From: Chrysomallon squamiferum
Lineage: Eukaryota > Animalia > Mollusca
NCBI GenBank assembly: GCA_012295275.1
Contig: CM022670.1
Coordinates: forward strand, 36,208,001 to 36,272,000
DNA: 64,000 bases
Direction: 5' to 3'
The notes beneath the pieces are model-generated. The model ran no database searches and was not told where the DNA came from. It worked only from the letters and a program-made list of their open reading frames with translations. Position numbers and translations under genes: made by a program. Every line of letters starts with the position of its first letter. The first letter of the stretch is position 1. Shown here one piece after another: positions 27,256 to 41,924 of this stretch.

Positions 27256-30200
27256 TTATTATTTATATATATTTTAGTTTTTTGGGGTATATGTGAAAAT
27301 TTTTAATGCACTTACAAATTTATTTTATTATCATTTGGAAAATTTTATTTTCAAAGCCTAAATAATTTCTCATTAAACTTTGGAAATATTGAAAATGAGA
27401 AATTTATTGTTATGTACAATTAACATATTTATAGATGAAATTTCAAAAGAATAAAATTTGTTTTTAATTTGAAAACATTACAGTAACCTATTGTTCCTGA
27501 AATAAATAAATTTAACAAAAAGGCATAAAACTAAGAAACAAAAACCACCAAACAAAATATCTGACATAAACAACCAAGTCTTTCAGAAGGAGGATATCAA
27601 ATAAAAAATCTGCATATTTTTTTCTCCTTAATAAAACTGAACACATGAAATTGACAGCTTAATAGGTTGTAGGTAAATTTACATTCTATGTATTATAAAT
27701 ATCTAGTTTCATTCTTTAAACATTTTTCTTACAGATTAAACGATTCAATTACCAATGCTTGAGGTTTATTTATCATCTTTGTTTGTTTTAACCAAACACA
27801 GATTGTATAAAAAAAACACAACTAAATCTGGTTAATTGTAATGTGCTAATGAAGCAAATGTTTTAATTGCATATTTACTGTTGAAAAGTGAGACATGATT
27901 TTATTTATAGTTATTTTCTGCTGTGTTAATAACTAAATGGCTAATTGAAGCATTACTAATTAACTATTGAATGAAGACTAATGAAGCACATAATACCCCA
28001 GATTAAAGCTTCAGTCCATGAAGTGTTTAACATTAGTGTGTTGGCTTTGGATTGCTACTGGTGTGTGGTTAGGTTGCTCTTGAGTTTTCTTATCAAATGT
28101 TGCGGAGACGAAATGGCAGTAAATATCAGGTAACTTTTGTCTTTTAACCTGATGGTGATACTTGAATTAGTAGATAGCTTGTTTTTGTTTTAAAAATTCA
28201 TTGATAAGCATATGTAAATATGTGTATGTGTACAATTATTCTTACACACACACACACATAGACTCACACATGTTCCACTTGAGTAAGTGCTAGTATTTAA
28301 ACAGTCGAGGTTAAAAGAATGGAAAGATTTGCATTTTTTATATTGTTTGTTTGTTAATAAATATGTATCAGTTTTGATTTGTTAATTAATTTTTGTGTAA
28401 GATGACTGCTAGACAGTTTATGATTTTTAGTATTGTTTAACTGAAAGTCAAATTTCAACTCAGAACAGAGATCAAAATGAGCATATGACATTAGGATATG
28501 GGTGCAGTGGTTCTTAGGACATTTACATAAATTCAGAGGCAGTTGTAAATTAAAGCTGTATGTGTGTGTGAGTGTGTCTAGGCACAAAAGAAGTCCAGAT
28601 CCTTTATGAATACCAATACTTAAATAACACTTCATCTTTTGTATGTTTCTGTGAGTATGGTACTTTGTGTTCCATATATTGCAATATGTCATACTGTTTA
28701 AAATGTGTTTTGACATTTTATGTTGTTTCTGTTACATGTGTTAATGTGTTAATTTTGTTTTGTTTTTATATTAGTACATAATATTTTCCAATTTGTTTTT
28801 TCTTTCTTCAGCAAAATTATATCTAATGTAGTTTGCATGAATGTTTTGCTATTGTCAAAATATTAATGTAGGTAGTTATAAAGTTCCTAACCAGTTTCTA
28901 TATATTACTCTCTTTTTTTAGCATTTGAATTTTGTTATTTTATCAGTACAGTATTAAATTACATTTTAAATATTTGAGGTATTAGATTTGATTTTCGGAT
29001 TTAGAAATAATGAATAATAATATTACAGAAGTTTGATACCTTTAAATTAAATCATAAATATACTTTAAATATTATTCATATGCAATAAAATATTTAAGTA
29101 CTGTTTTTAATATATTATTAACATTTTTAAAAATAAATTTGTTTTATCATTTTAAAACTGAGTAATTTTAATAATCAATTTAAATCACTAGATATAAAAA
29201 GGTGACATATAAATGGATTTGTTTCTAAAATAAGATAATGTACATTTTTAATTTTTGCTTGCAGTATCAAATTTGAAAAATACTTTTAAAATATTTTTTT
29301 TAAATTTTTATTTGTATAAAATTTTTATTATTTTCTTTTTTTTTCTTTCGAAGTAGTTGTTTTTCATCTAGATCTGCTAATTTCAATTCAGTATCAGTTT
29401 AACCAAAATTATTAAATTTATCTTTTTATTGTCAACAGGATTATCTTTGGTGTGACTTTTGTAGATTCTTCACTTGTTGGTGAATATCATATTACTTCCA
29501 GAGATCAAGCTTGTTAGAGCCTGTTTTCCTTTAAAGAGTGCACACAAAAATACAACACACTTACAACGTTACATATAAATGTGCAGTTATGCAGTTAGTT
29601 GTTTGCAGTTCAGACTTTTGATTTGTTTCATAATGGCTTATTCAGTACTAAAATACAACTCTGGTAAGTAAACTGTATAAATGTTACATATCTTATCACC
29701 ACATTGATAGATATATAAAGTTTCAGTACTTTTGTGTGCTGGAAAAGAAAGGTAGATTACAGTGTAAAATTGAAAGCCAGGTGAAAACCATGTGCTGTCA
29801 ACAAATCTGTCGTCCTTAGTTACTGGGTCATGTCACGAATTATTGACAGGGTCATCACTGGTTGACACCACCTGGAAGTAGATAACTGGCCCATGGATTG
29901 GTGGGTGGGAGTCTTTTCTGTGTCACTCAAAACTCCAGGGAATTAATGAGCCCGTTATCAACAATTTTTGACAACAAAGACTTGAAGCACATTGTCTTGT
30001 ATGTGCTGCTAATATATAGTACAACTAGATTACAGCTTATCTCAAGTACTGGAGAGAAAAAAATCCCATTTGTGCATTAAGAACCGGCTTTCACCACAGA
30101 CTTAGCCACACATTTGTGATACTAACCAATAGTCAGGTTAGTCTAATTTTTCTTTCCTCTAATTCTTTTATTTATTAAATTTTTTTATTATTATATTTTT

Positions 30201-31243
30201 TTAAATTGTTTTTATTTTATAATTTTCATACTGCTTCCAGTAATTTACTTTTCTATATCTGCACAGCCTACACTGTGATTGAACTTTTTTTTTTAGTTAT
30301 TAGAGCATGTTTGCTTGGCTGGTGTTAAATGAAGCAGTCATGTTGAGACTTGATAGTAATATTGATTTGACTGATCTGTCACAAAGTGGCGGGAATCTCA
30401 ACTGGAAGTCTGGTGTTAGTATGCTGGTCACACTCCCAGCATGTCCTGGCTCGCCAGACAGGAAAGATATTCACATTCTAGTGTTTGTGTCAGGGATGTG
30501 CATTTAAACTGTTATTCTTGATTTTTTCCTAATTTTCAAAGTAAGTTCAGTCATTTTTTACTTCAGCAAAACAAGACTGTTTGATCCCTGATATTATCAT
30601 TTTGGTCATTTTAATTATATAAAAAATTGTTTTGATGAAATGAAGACATGATATAAGTTTTGTTGAATAATTTGTTTATAAATGGTATGCTGAAAAGTTA
30701 CTAAAAATAGTAATGTGCATTTACTGATCACCTTTATGTAGTGTAAAGCGTTCAAATTTTATTTCAGCTAGTAAAAAATAAAGTTTTCAGATTGTAGGTT
30801 GGTTTGTTAGAAGGTTAGTGAAAGAAAAGCTGAATACTGATTTGACAGTTTAGTGCCTGCTTACTGGCTTAAGTTCACAATAGGGTTTTACCCTAGATTA
30901 ATAAGTAGCTTTTTAAAAAAATGTGATTTACAGTATGTGGAATTCAACAGTCTTCATAAATTATAATTTCTTTTAAAGAATGTTGTCTGCTGTTGTAAAT
31001 ACAACATTAGGAGTATTTATTTATTTATTAATTACATGTGCATTGTTTCTGCAGAATGGTTTTAGAATGCTGTTTCATATTTATAATAAAGATATATTTA
31101 AACATAAGTTTTGTTGTTAAAAAACAAATAAAAAACAAGAACAGTAAAACTTTGGCTAAAAATTAAAAATTTAGAAAGATAATACAGAGTAATTAACAAA
31201 GTTACCAATCCTGTGGAATTAGTAATTTATTATTGTTTTTTTA

Positions 31244-31281
<38 letters not shown>

Positions 31282-34200
31282 TGGTGGAATTTTAATAAAA
31301 TTTTGATGCGTAGAGTTAATCTGTAGTTGTTTAAACTAAATGGTTGAACTGATTTAACTTTAAACACTCCCAGTAGCCAATTTTCATTTATCATTTTATG
31401 TGATGGAGTGTCATTAAACAATCATACAAATATAAATGATTTAACTTTAAAAGTTATTATTATTATTATTAAACTATTTTACATTAAATAAATATCCAGC
31501 TTAGAAAAGTTATTTTGAAGACAGATCAAATTATTTTAATACTTAATGAATCAATAATGTCGATATGAGACATGTACTAACATCTATAATTGTAAATTAT
31601 TGATACACAAACAGTCATTGATTGGAACTCGATGAAAAGTGACATACAGTACAAACAAGACCAGAACAGTGTTACAGGAAATAAGGTGTGTGGTAAATCT
31701 ATAACCACCAAATGAGATTACATTATCTTACACACATCAGCTAATGACTACCATGTCTCTGACAAATAATTATTCTATTCTGTGGAAATATGATCCAACA
31801 AAATGACTAGCACTAGCTGACAGTGATAAGTAATGTAAAATTGATCAGATGTTTGTGGTGTTAGTGGATATAATTGGATGGAGTGTTTTGTTATGTTTAT
31901 GATATTAAATCAAATACATAAAATAATTTGCACTTAATGAAAAATGAATGAGAATGAGAACTAGGAAAGTAAATGAAGCATGCTGAGTGCATGTACACTT
32001 GATGGATTAAGAATTAGAAATTTCCTACAATGAACTCTGTGAATAGGAGACGTTTCTTGCATAAATTGTGTATTTTTGTGCTAAGCAGGATTTCTCAGCC
32101 TTTGACACGACTGCCTACACTGAGATATTTGCAAACGGTCCTGTTTCTAAAATCATCAGGCTTTTGTGTCTTGTTGTATGTCTTCTCTTAGTGCTGAAAC
32201 ACGTCAGAGAACTGTCTGGCTAAAGAATAGACCACTGGGCTCAAATACATTTCTGATTCTCCAAGCCATGAGCCATGTTATTAGATTTGTGACTGAATAA
32301 ATTATTTTGTAAAGTTGTTCTTACATTAGTGATGAATAACAAAAATGGCTTTATTCTGACCTTCGGAAAATATCAATTTTTATCTGATCAAAAGGCATTT
32401 TTTTTTTAACTAGCCAACCATATCTCTTTGTTATGCTTCTCTGCACTGTCATTTGTTCTTTCACAGTTTTATTTCAGTCAGAAGAAACATGATGCATTAT
32501 TAACCACACAGAGGTTGTTACAAAGCAGCTGCTGCAATACATTATTGTGCTGCATATTTAAAGTTGAAAGAAACATTTAAGTAAAAATATTCCTTTTATA
32601 ACGGTCATAAAGACTAACATTCACAAACAAAATGTATTAATTTTTCTGTTTTCATACTGGTAGTGATTACATCATATTAATGTTACAAACTAAATTTAAA
32701 GTTTACTTTGGTTTCTTAAAAAAATGTTGGTTTTTTTTTTGTTGTTATTTTTTTTATGATGAAATGACATGGAAGACCTTTTAAAATTCAGTAAAAATTC
32801 CCCCATTAAACTTCTGTTGTTGGTGACATATTTGAAGCACTGCTGTTTATCAGGATCAAGAGTAAAGATTTAACAAATTTTAATTTGAGTACAAGGGTCA
32901 GACATGTCATTTCTCCACTTAGTTTACTTTGGGATAATGAATGAATATTTGGTTTTGAGATTTTGAGAAGACACCATTCTATGAGCCACTCCTACAAATC
33001 TTTAGAGATACATTACAGATAATAGACCTGAATAAACTTGGTTGGTGGTAGAAAACGTTCATGATGGACAGTTTTTTCTCTCATAGAAAATGGTGCAAAA
33101 TTGTAGCTCCTTATTGCTTCTAATGTTCTTTTTTTCCACAGTATTAAAGGCTGAGGTATGTGCTAGGGTGCATATAAAAGACAAATGACAATCAAGAATC
33201 ATATGTTTAAACACTTTAAAAAAAAATTCCATTCTTTTTTCATAGAAAACAAAAATTATTTTTAAAAACATTTTCGTAATATATGATATAGTTTCATATA
33301 TTTATTGTTTTTAGATTATAAAAAATTTAATCTCCACACTTGAAAAAAAAAAAAAAAAAAATGCCACATGCACATTATGTAGTTGTGCACCTGTGGTCAG
33401 TTTTATGTGTAATCAGCTTCTGTTGCTGGACTGTATGTAAGTACTGTGATTTACATGTATTGTGCATTGCATAAGTCCATGTACATGCAATGTATTACAG
33501 TTTACAGCAGGTAATTAGTTTTACCTCAGAAGTGCTCTGTTATTTACACAGGGAGCAATAAAAAAAAATTCTTGAGATTTCTTAAACAGCTTTAATATTT
33601 TCAATTCTTTTTTAATTCCTAAACCTTTTTTCTTTTTTTAAAAATAGTTTATCTTGTTGTCTACTTGTATATTTTTCTGATTAAAAAATCCATTCTAACA
33701 TAAGCCTGTTATGTAACCCATAAAATGTTGTTTAACAGATAGAAGAGTAAGGTTTTTAACATAATATTAGACCACCCATTTTTTTTTTATATATATATTT
33801 TTTGCTTTAGTTTGGATTTACCTTTTATTAGTTTTATTTTTACTCTAATGCCTGAAGTCTAAACTTTTCTAAGCACCAAAGAATTTAAATGTAAATTTTA
33901 TATATATATTGTGTTTGTATTAAATGTCTGTAGGCTGAACAGGTCAAATTGATTTTTCTTATATTGGTGTTCTCTAAAAAGAAAAAAAAATGTATAAGAA
34001 AAATAAGACTTTATTTTTTTACGTGTGGGAATAATAAAAAAGATCTAACCATCTAGCAGCTACAGTGTAATACAGTATAAAATTATCTGTTATGTTTGTC
34101 TACTTTAAACTGAGGTATACTTATATATGTTGTTTTTATTGCTATAGCAACAATGCAATACAATATAAAAACAAAGCCAGCCAGGTGACTTTTGAATTAT

Positions 34201-35499
34201 GCTATAATCCTTCTGTCAGCACAAGTTTAGATTTCCCAAATGTCTACTAAGATTTTTTACTCAAATTTGAAGTCATATTAAATAAACTTCTGTCAGTTAT
34301 AACACAGCTATATACAAGGGTGTATGTTCCTTGGGTGGTAGGTGAGCAAGATGGTAAATTCATGATAAATATGATTATGGATAACATTGAGAAACTAATT
34401 TTTCTGTTCCCTCCTGTGCAGTTGTTCTGAGATAGGATTGCACACCATACAGCCAGTTGTATCATGGATATGGCAGGATATTAGAAGAATAACAAAAAAT
34501 AAGGGCCTGGGGGTGAACAGCATTCAATCAGTGTGCACTGTGTCAATAACTGCCATACACCACTGCTTTCTGCCAGTTCAGAAACTCCAGACAAAGGCCC
34601 ATGACATGCATGATCTAATTAATAATTTCACTCCTTCATAAGCTAGTTCAATCAAATAAACATTGTCTTTTACTTCCCAGGTGCTTGATGTAAGATAAAT
34701 ACAGTCTGAGATAAAATTGTAATGTTTGATTAAATGTTGTAATGTTAGTACACATTCTTTCTGGCTGCAATGTTCTGTTTAGACTTGCATTTTAGAACGG
34801 TATTGAGAACTCAGTTTGTATGTACATTACTGTGTCAAACTTAATTTATATTAACAATACAGTGGCTTTGACTAATGCTCTGGAAAAAAAAAAAAAAATG
34901 CTGAGGTCATTGCAAATTTTCAAAAGAACTGAATTCCCTTGATATATGATAGAATGCTTGGAGAAAAAAAAAATAGTAACAATAATATTTGGCTGGTTTT
35001 CTTTAATTATCCAAACTTAGTTGTAAAAATAATATAATGAGCTTCCAGAAAAATGGCTATTTTTAACACTGGCTGGTTTTGAATTAGGCAGTCTTTGTTT
35101 TAGTTTCTGTGACACCAGTTCAGTTGAGAATGTTGCTGTGAGCAGGTCATCCTGTGACACACAGTAAGTTGTTACTTGTTTCGGTTTACCCTCATTTTCA
35201 TATATTAACTTGTCTGAAAAAACAAACAGAAACAAAAATTGCTGCTGAAAACTTTATATTTTATAGGTATTTTGAGTGAATTAATATAAATCAAACAGGC
35301 CATGCTTTAGAAGTGCATTAATTTGGATTAATACAGTTTCATTGTATATTTTATATTTTAAGTAAAGATTAAGCCTATATCCAGAAATTTTCTCTGGTTC
35401 CAAGCTTGCAGAATATTTGTACCTGTAAATGAAAAATTAAAAAGAAAAACAAATGCCTTAAAAGATAAATTAAGATAAGATAAGATAAATGATAAATAA

Positions 35500-35535
<36 letters not shown>

Positions 35536-36231
35536 ATAAAAATAAAGTAAATTAAAAATCAAAAACAACAAAAATTAATCAGTCTAAAATGTTACACCTC
35601 AGATTCTGTGTGTGTAATAACTTAAAAGTTTATTTTTTATAAAAAGATAGGTAGATAAACTGGCTAACTCATTGTTAATTTTATGTTCAGTCAATTTATA
35701 TGAAATTCCTTACCTGTATATACAGATCATGCACTTGATTTTTTAATTTATTTATTTTCAATTTCTTTTTATTTATTATTTCTTCTTATTATAATTATTT
35801 TTATTTTTATTTCTTACAAAATATATTTGAACATTTTATTCAGTACATTGTTGAACTGGTATATGAAACTTCATAAAGTATTAGTGTTGTATTTAAAAAT
35901 AAAAAAAAAAAATTATAATCAGGTCTAGACTAGTTCATGTGTCTTGTAGTTTCATTTCACAGATATAAAATTATTTGTTTTCAGTAACTTACTCATTTCA
36001 CGAGTTTAGCTTCATTGTCACATTTTTAAAGATGAAATATTTTAAATTAATTTTTGATTTTCTGAACAACTTATTCCATTTGTTGCAGTTAATTAATTGT
36101 GTTTTACTGACTGTAAGACCTCCTTTGATTTATGATAATTTCATGACAGAACTTTTAATAATCTGATTTACTTCTATCCAGAATTTCTTGATTATTAACC
36201 ATAATTCATTGTGCTGTGACACAGACCTGTT

Positions 36232-36266
<35 letters not shown>

Positions 36267-39200
36267 ATGGAAATAGATTTTATTAAATATTAGTTAGTGA
36301 TTTTTTTTTCAGATATTTAATTAAGAATTTAATTATTGTTGTTGTTATTACTGTTAGTTTTAAAAAAATTTCTCTTCATTATTTTAGATGAATAATACCA
36401 GGTAATATGATTGTCTTTTTACATGTCAACACCGAAAATATATATTAGTTTTCATTATTGCTGCTGACCTCTGGGGCAAAACTTGAGTACTTGGATAAAT
36501 TGCATAATCAAAAAAAAAAAAAAAGATGCTATGTGAAGTCAATTTTAAAAAATAAAGCTATTTTCTACAAGAACTAAAACATTATTTGGTGAGTAAAGAA
36601 GAAATTAAATATATGGATATATGTGGATATAAGTTATATGATAATCAAGTATTCAAACTCACGAACTATTTTATATCATTTGTTGGTTGATAACACTTTA
36701 TTATTCAATATCTCAGACAATGTACATTTTATTTATTTATCTATTTTGTTATTGAGATTTTTAATTTGATATTTTTATCTGAATTTTGAATCTAAATAAT
36801 GTTTTTAAAAAAAAAAATGCAATTTCATATTGTATATAATGTTAGAAAGAATTAAGAAATTAAATAAATAAATAAATAAATAAATAAATTAATTTTTTTT
36901 TTTTTGAACACTGTAGATGTGGAGAGTTATTTACATATTGTAATGCATTCAGTTGCAAAAAGTCCCCAGATAGAAATAAAACTTTTGCAGATTTGGTAAG
37001 ATGATATACCTGCTAACCAGACAGTATACTAGCATATTAATGTTTTATTAAAAAAAAAAAAAAAAAAAAAACCATCTAGAAGTCAAATTTACTGAACCAA
37101 AAAAGAAGGATTAAAAAAATATTTGTATCAATGAAAATAAAATATTCATGCAGTGGATGTGATTCTGTTAATAAGAAAAGTAAAACTACTGTATGGATAA
37201 AAATCTATTTGACAGTTTTGCCATCACATCACCAAATTTAAACAGATTTAAACAAATTTATTTAAAATCTTTAATCATTATTACCAGATGTTTTGTAAGG
37301 CAAGTGAATATAGGAAAATACGTTAAAATTAAATAACATTTTTGTTAAAATAGATTAACATAGTAATTAAACTGGTAAGCAAAAACTGGATGGCTAATAT
37401 TATCAATAGATGGCCTGAACATGTTTATTGAATATTGGTAAAGAACAATGGCATGTCATCATGGATCTCTGTAGTTTAACGACAGCCCATTCAAAGTGAA
37501 CAGTCCATTGTTAGATTCTACTTCAAAGTTAACTAGCTGAATGAGTCACTGATGTGTTGTGTGTCGCATTTTCTCTTTTGTAATGTTAATATCCCCCACT
37601 TTGTCCTTGCGGTGTAAATCAACTTCTCCATTATTCATTCTTTCTGCAATCTTTGAAATTAGATTTCTCCAACTGCTTTAATGTATTTAATAGAATGCAC
37701 CAACAGAAAGAATAAAATTAATAGCTATTTTGCCTGAGGTTTTATTTATTTATTTATGTATTTATTTTAAACGTTTTTTTATTAATAATCCTTTGTTTTC
37801 TATTTATTATTATTGTTATTAGTTTTTATTTATTTATTTATTATTAACTACATTTATTTTTCTTGTGTCAGCCTATTTGTCTGTATTTGAAGATAATCTA
37901 GTGCTGCAGGGTTACTAAAAATCAGTTTGGAATTTTTTATTATGCTACTGATCAGTAGTCAGGAATTTTTTATTATGTTATTGATTAGCACTAAGGAATC
38001 TGTTATATTGCTGATTGGTTATAAGGAATCTATTATTATTTTACCAATTAACAGTAAGGAATCTATTATTATTTTACCAGTTAGCAGTAAGGAATCTATT
38101 ATTATTTTACCAATTAGCAGTAAGGAATCTATTATTATTTTACCAATTAGCAGTAAGGAATCTATTATTATTTTACTGATTAGTAGTAGGGAATAGATTA
38201 TGCAACTGATTATGTTGCTGATTGATAGTAAGGAATCTATTACTATGTTACTGATTAGTAGCAAGGAATCTTTTATTGTGTTTTTGATTAGTAGTAAGGA
38301 ATATTTTATGTTGCTGAATAGTAAGGAATCTATTACTCTGTAGTTGACCAATAACCTGGGATATTTTATTTAATTACTTATTATCAGCAAGGGAACCTTT
38401 GCTATATATATACCTTACCATAAACAGAAACATCTGCTTTTCCCATCTGGTTGGGAATACAAATTTCAATGATTGCTATATGAAAGAAGATGGATCCTGT
38501 AATATATTACTGTTCAGACAAGCTGTTAGTGACAGGTGTTTGTTTCTGTTCAGGTTGAGGGCAGGGATGAGGAGATAGACCGACTGACGAGGATGCTGGA
38601 CGGTGGAAGACCCTCAGACGTGATGGCGCTGGAGGCCAGGAATCGGGCCAACGAGAGGATGATCTCTCATCTCAACATACAGGTGAGAAGTGTGAAACAG
38701 AGCAACCACGCTCTTTCTTAAAAATCACTGTTATTCATCTCTCTAAACCAGTATTTGGTGCATTTAATACATAATTTTGTTTAGCTTTAACGTTTTAAAA
38801 ATTTCAAGATAATATTGATCAAAAAAAAAAAAAAAAATTATTTTCTCATTCATTTATTGCTTGAAGTATGTATTTATTTCAAGAAAATAATACTCTGTTT
38901 TATGGTTACATTTAAAAAATTTTTTTTTAAAAATCTAAAATTTTTAATAAAATTCAGTAATAATAATACTTTTAAATTTGTTTTAGGTTGACTTCCTGCA
39001 GCAGAAAAACCGTGAAATGGAGAAGAAGTTGCAAGAATGTCTTGTTTGCCGAGACGAAGCGGAAACGAAATGCGCTAAAATGCAGGCGCGGAATCGAGAT
39101 CTTGAGCTCGAGTTGCAGGATCTGGAAAAAATGGCAAAACGGTTACACAGCGACAAGACCGTCGTTGTAAAGACAGCTGACAAAGAAATGAATGAGGCAA

Positions 39201-41867
39201 AGGTAAGTGTTGTGCAGGTGTTTTGAGCACGTTTTTTCTCTTTGTTGTTCAGAAAGGAGATTTTTATTCACTAAGTTTATTTCTTTTTTTTTCTTTTTTT
39301 TTATAATTGAGAAAAATAAATTAAAATTTGTTGCAGTTTAATGATAATGTATTTTAAATGTAAAACTGGCATTTTCTTCAATAATTTTCACATTTTCCAA
39401 AAAAAAAAGGTTGACTGAAATTTGTTTCAATATAATTAAACTAAATTGTTTTTAATAGTTCAAAAAGTGAATTTAAAATTTAATTTAATGTTATATTTTA
39501 ACTTTTCACTTAAAGCATATGTGTTTGTAGATTATTCACATGATGTCAAAGATTATAAATTCTAGAAATTTAAATTAATCTTGTTTTTAAAAATGAATAT
39601 CTTTTATTATCTGTACAGGAAGAATTAGAAAAGTCCAGGCATGAACTGGAAGACATGGATATGACAGTGGCACAGTTCAAAGCTGTAAGTATATTTATCC
39701 AAATGTGTATGCACACAAACACATACTGACAGACAGACTCTGTCTAATATTAAAATATGCAAAAATACCTGAACTTATAATCAATGTACAATAATGGATG
39801 GTTCTGTTTTGTATCAAATAATTATGATTGATAAGGCGATTGGGAGTATTTTTTTCATCTGAGGAAACTATTTTTTTTTGTGTCATTTTTGTATCATCTA
39901 ATTTGTTTATTTTATGGGGTTTTTTATTTTTATTTTTTTATTTTTTCATTTTTATTTATTATTATTATTATTATTATATTTTTTTTTAATTATTATTATT
40001 TTTTTATATGAAATTTGACACAATGCTCAAGGCAATGCTCTTATGTTAAAAACTTACATTTAATAGGAAGCCTGTCGACTGAATAAGGACATAGCTGACC
40101 TGCGCGCCAGGCTGTCAGCCAAAGACAACGACAATCTGAGGATGGAGGCTCTGTTAGACAAACTGCAGGAGGAGAAGAAAAGAATGACGCAACGAGTTAA
40201 CAAAATGACAGCCAATGGTGAAAATATATTTTAGCTTAAGTTATCCGTTATTAATGTCTTGTGAAAACAAAAAAATTGTTAGAAAATATAGTTACGAAAA
40301 GAAGTTACGTTTGTGAAGTTTCATTTGTAAATGTTTTTAAAATAATTTTCTTTTTATGACGTTTAGTTAATTAACTGAGAAAGATCTTTGTTCTCTTATC
40401 ATTGTCATAATATGAAAACACATTAATCTCCAGGATGCTTTTCTGCTATTACAGTCTTTTTAAACTGATTATTTATGGTCTGGCCATATTTCTTTGACCA
40501 CAAAGTTATTTATTATATAGACTTTTTATTTTTTTTTATTCTAAGAGAGTAGTGGTATTTATTCAGTTTAAAAAAAAAAAAAAGGTTTTTATTACATGAC
40601 TATTTATTCATATTTTTTTTTTTAAATGATTTCAGAAAAGGAGCTGGTATTGGAAATTGAGAGGCTGAAGCGAAAGAACGGACCGTCAAAGAAAGGCAAA
40701 ATACCGAGCAAACTTGATGCATTTATCCGTAGTATAGAAGAAGAGAGAGATTACTACCGTGGCCTAGTCGAATCCCTGGAAAAAATAGCTCGGACTGAAT
40801 CTGTGTCTGCTCACACCCCCATCCGCTCACACCCGTCTTCCAGGTCTGGCAGTCCAGTCAGGTCATCAAGGACTGGCAGCCCTGTCAGAGACCTGTCACC
40901 TTCCAAAGCCACGAAAAAAGTAAAATGCTATTTAAATTCAGACGTGCATTCTCCATTAATTCTGTTATCCACAGTTCCCCTGAGTAAATTTCGGTGTTGA
41001 GTGTAATTTGGTAATTCATAAATAGACTTTAAAATTTAATTAAAATTGCTTGGGTAAGTAATTAATCATATAAAAATGTACTGATATTGTTTATGTTTTT
41101 AAGTGTTTAATGATATTTTAAGAGAGGAGGTTTCTGTTTATCTGTATGAATTTCTTCATAGTGGCTTTGTAATAATGACTGTTCAAAGAATTTTAGTTTT
41201 TTAAAAATTTAAGTGTATTTTTGAAGGAGTATCTTTTAACAGTGTTTCGGCCATTGCTAATGTGGCTAAATTTATTTGGTTATTTTCATAATTTAATAAA
41301 AAAAAATATATTAATGTTTTTTTTTCTGCAGTCCATTACCCAGTATGAAACCATTTTGCGGGTACTGGAAGAGGAGAGAGACTATTATAAAAAAGAGTAC
41401 GAATCCTTGAAACTGAACAAAAGGTCAGCAACACCTGTACGCTTTTCACCCACAAAGGTGAGTTTAACACAGAATTTCTCCAAGCTGTTTTGTCACATTA
41501 CCTAGAATTAAGCATTGCATTTACTTATGTTAGAAAAGCTCCTTTCTTTTTTTGGCAACATGACAAAGCTTATAAACTGTTATTTAATCAGGTGTAAGCC
41601 TGATATATATATATATGCCAAAAAAGAAAAATAATAATAATAATATATATATATATATATAAAATCGATAGTCACTTCAGTGGAGATGTCATAGTTAATT
41701 GTCCTGTTACAAATTGCCTTAAGTAGACTTATTAGTAGACCAAAAAAAGGGGGTTGGGACTATTCAAAATAAGTTACGTAATTATGTGTTGCCAAAATGT
41801 CTGGAAAATTATGAGATTTATTTTTATAAACACATTCATTGATACACAAACAAAAAAACAAATGAAT

Positions 41868-41924
<57 letters not shown>

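Noticed and set aside
33445-33510. Hairpin resembling pre-miR-33 (GTGCATTGCAT...ATGCAATGTAT)
   Set aside because: The core stem is only ~11 bp, the mature miR-33 sequence is not matched, and miR-33 normally lies in an SREBP intron.
37927-38351. Repeat-protein ORFs on both strands
   Set aside because: They are by-products of a 33-bp minisatellite, with no convincing splice context.
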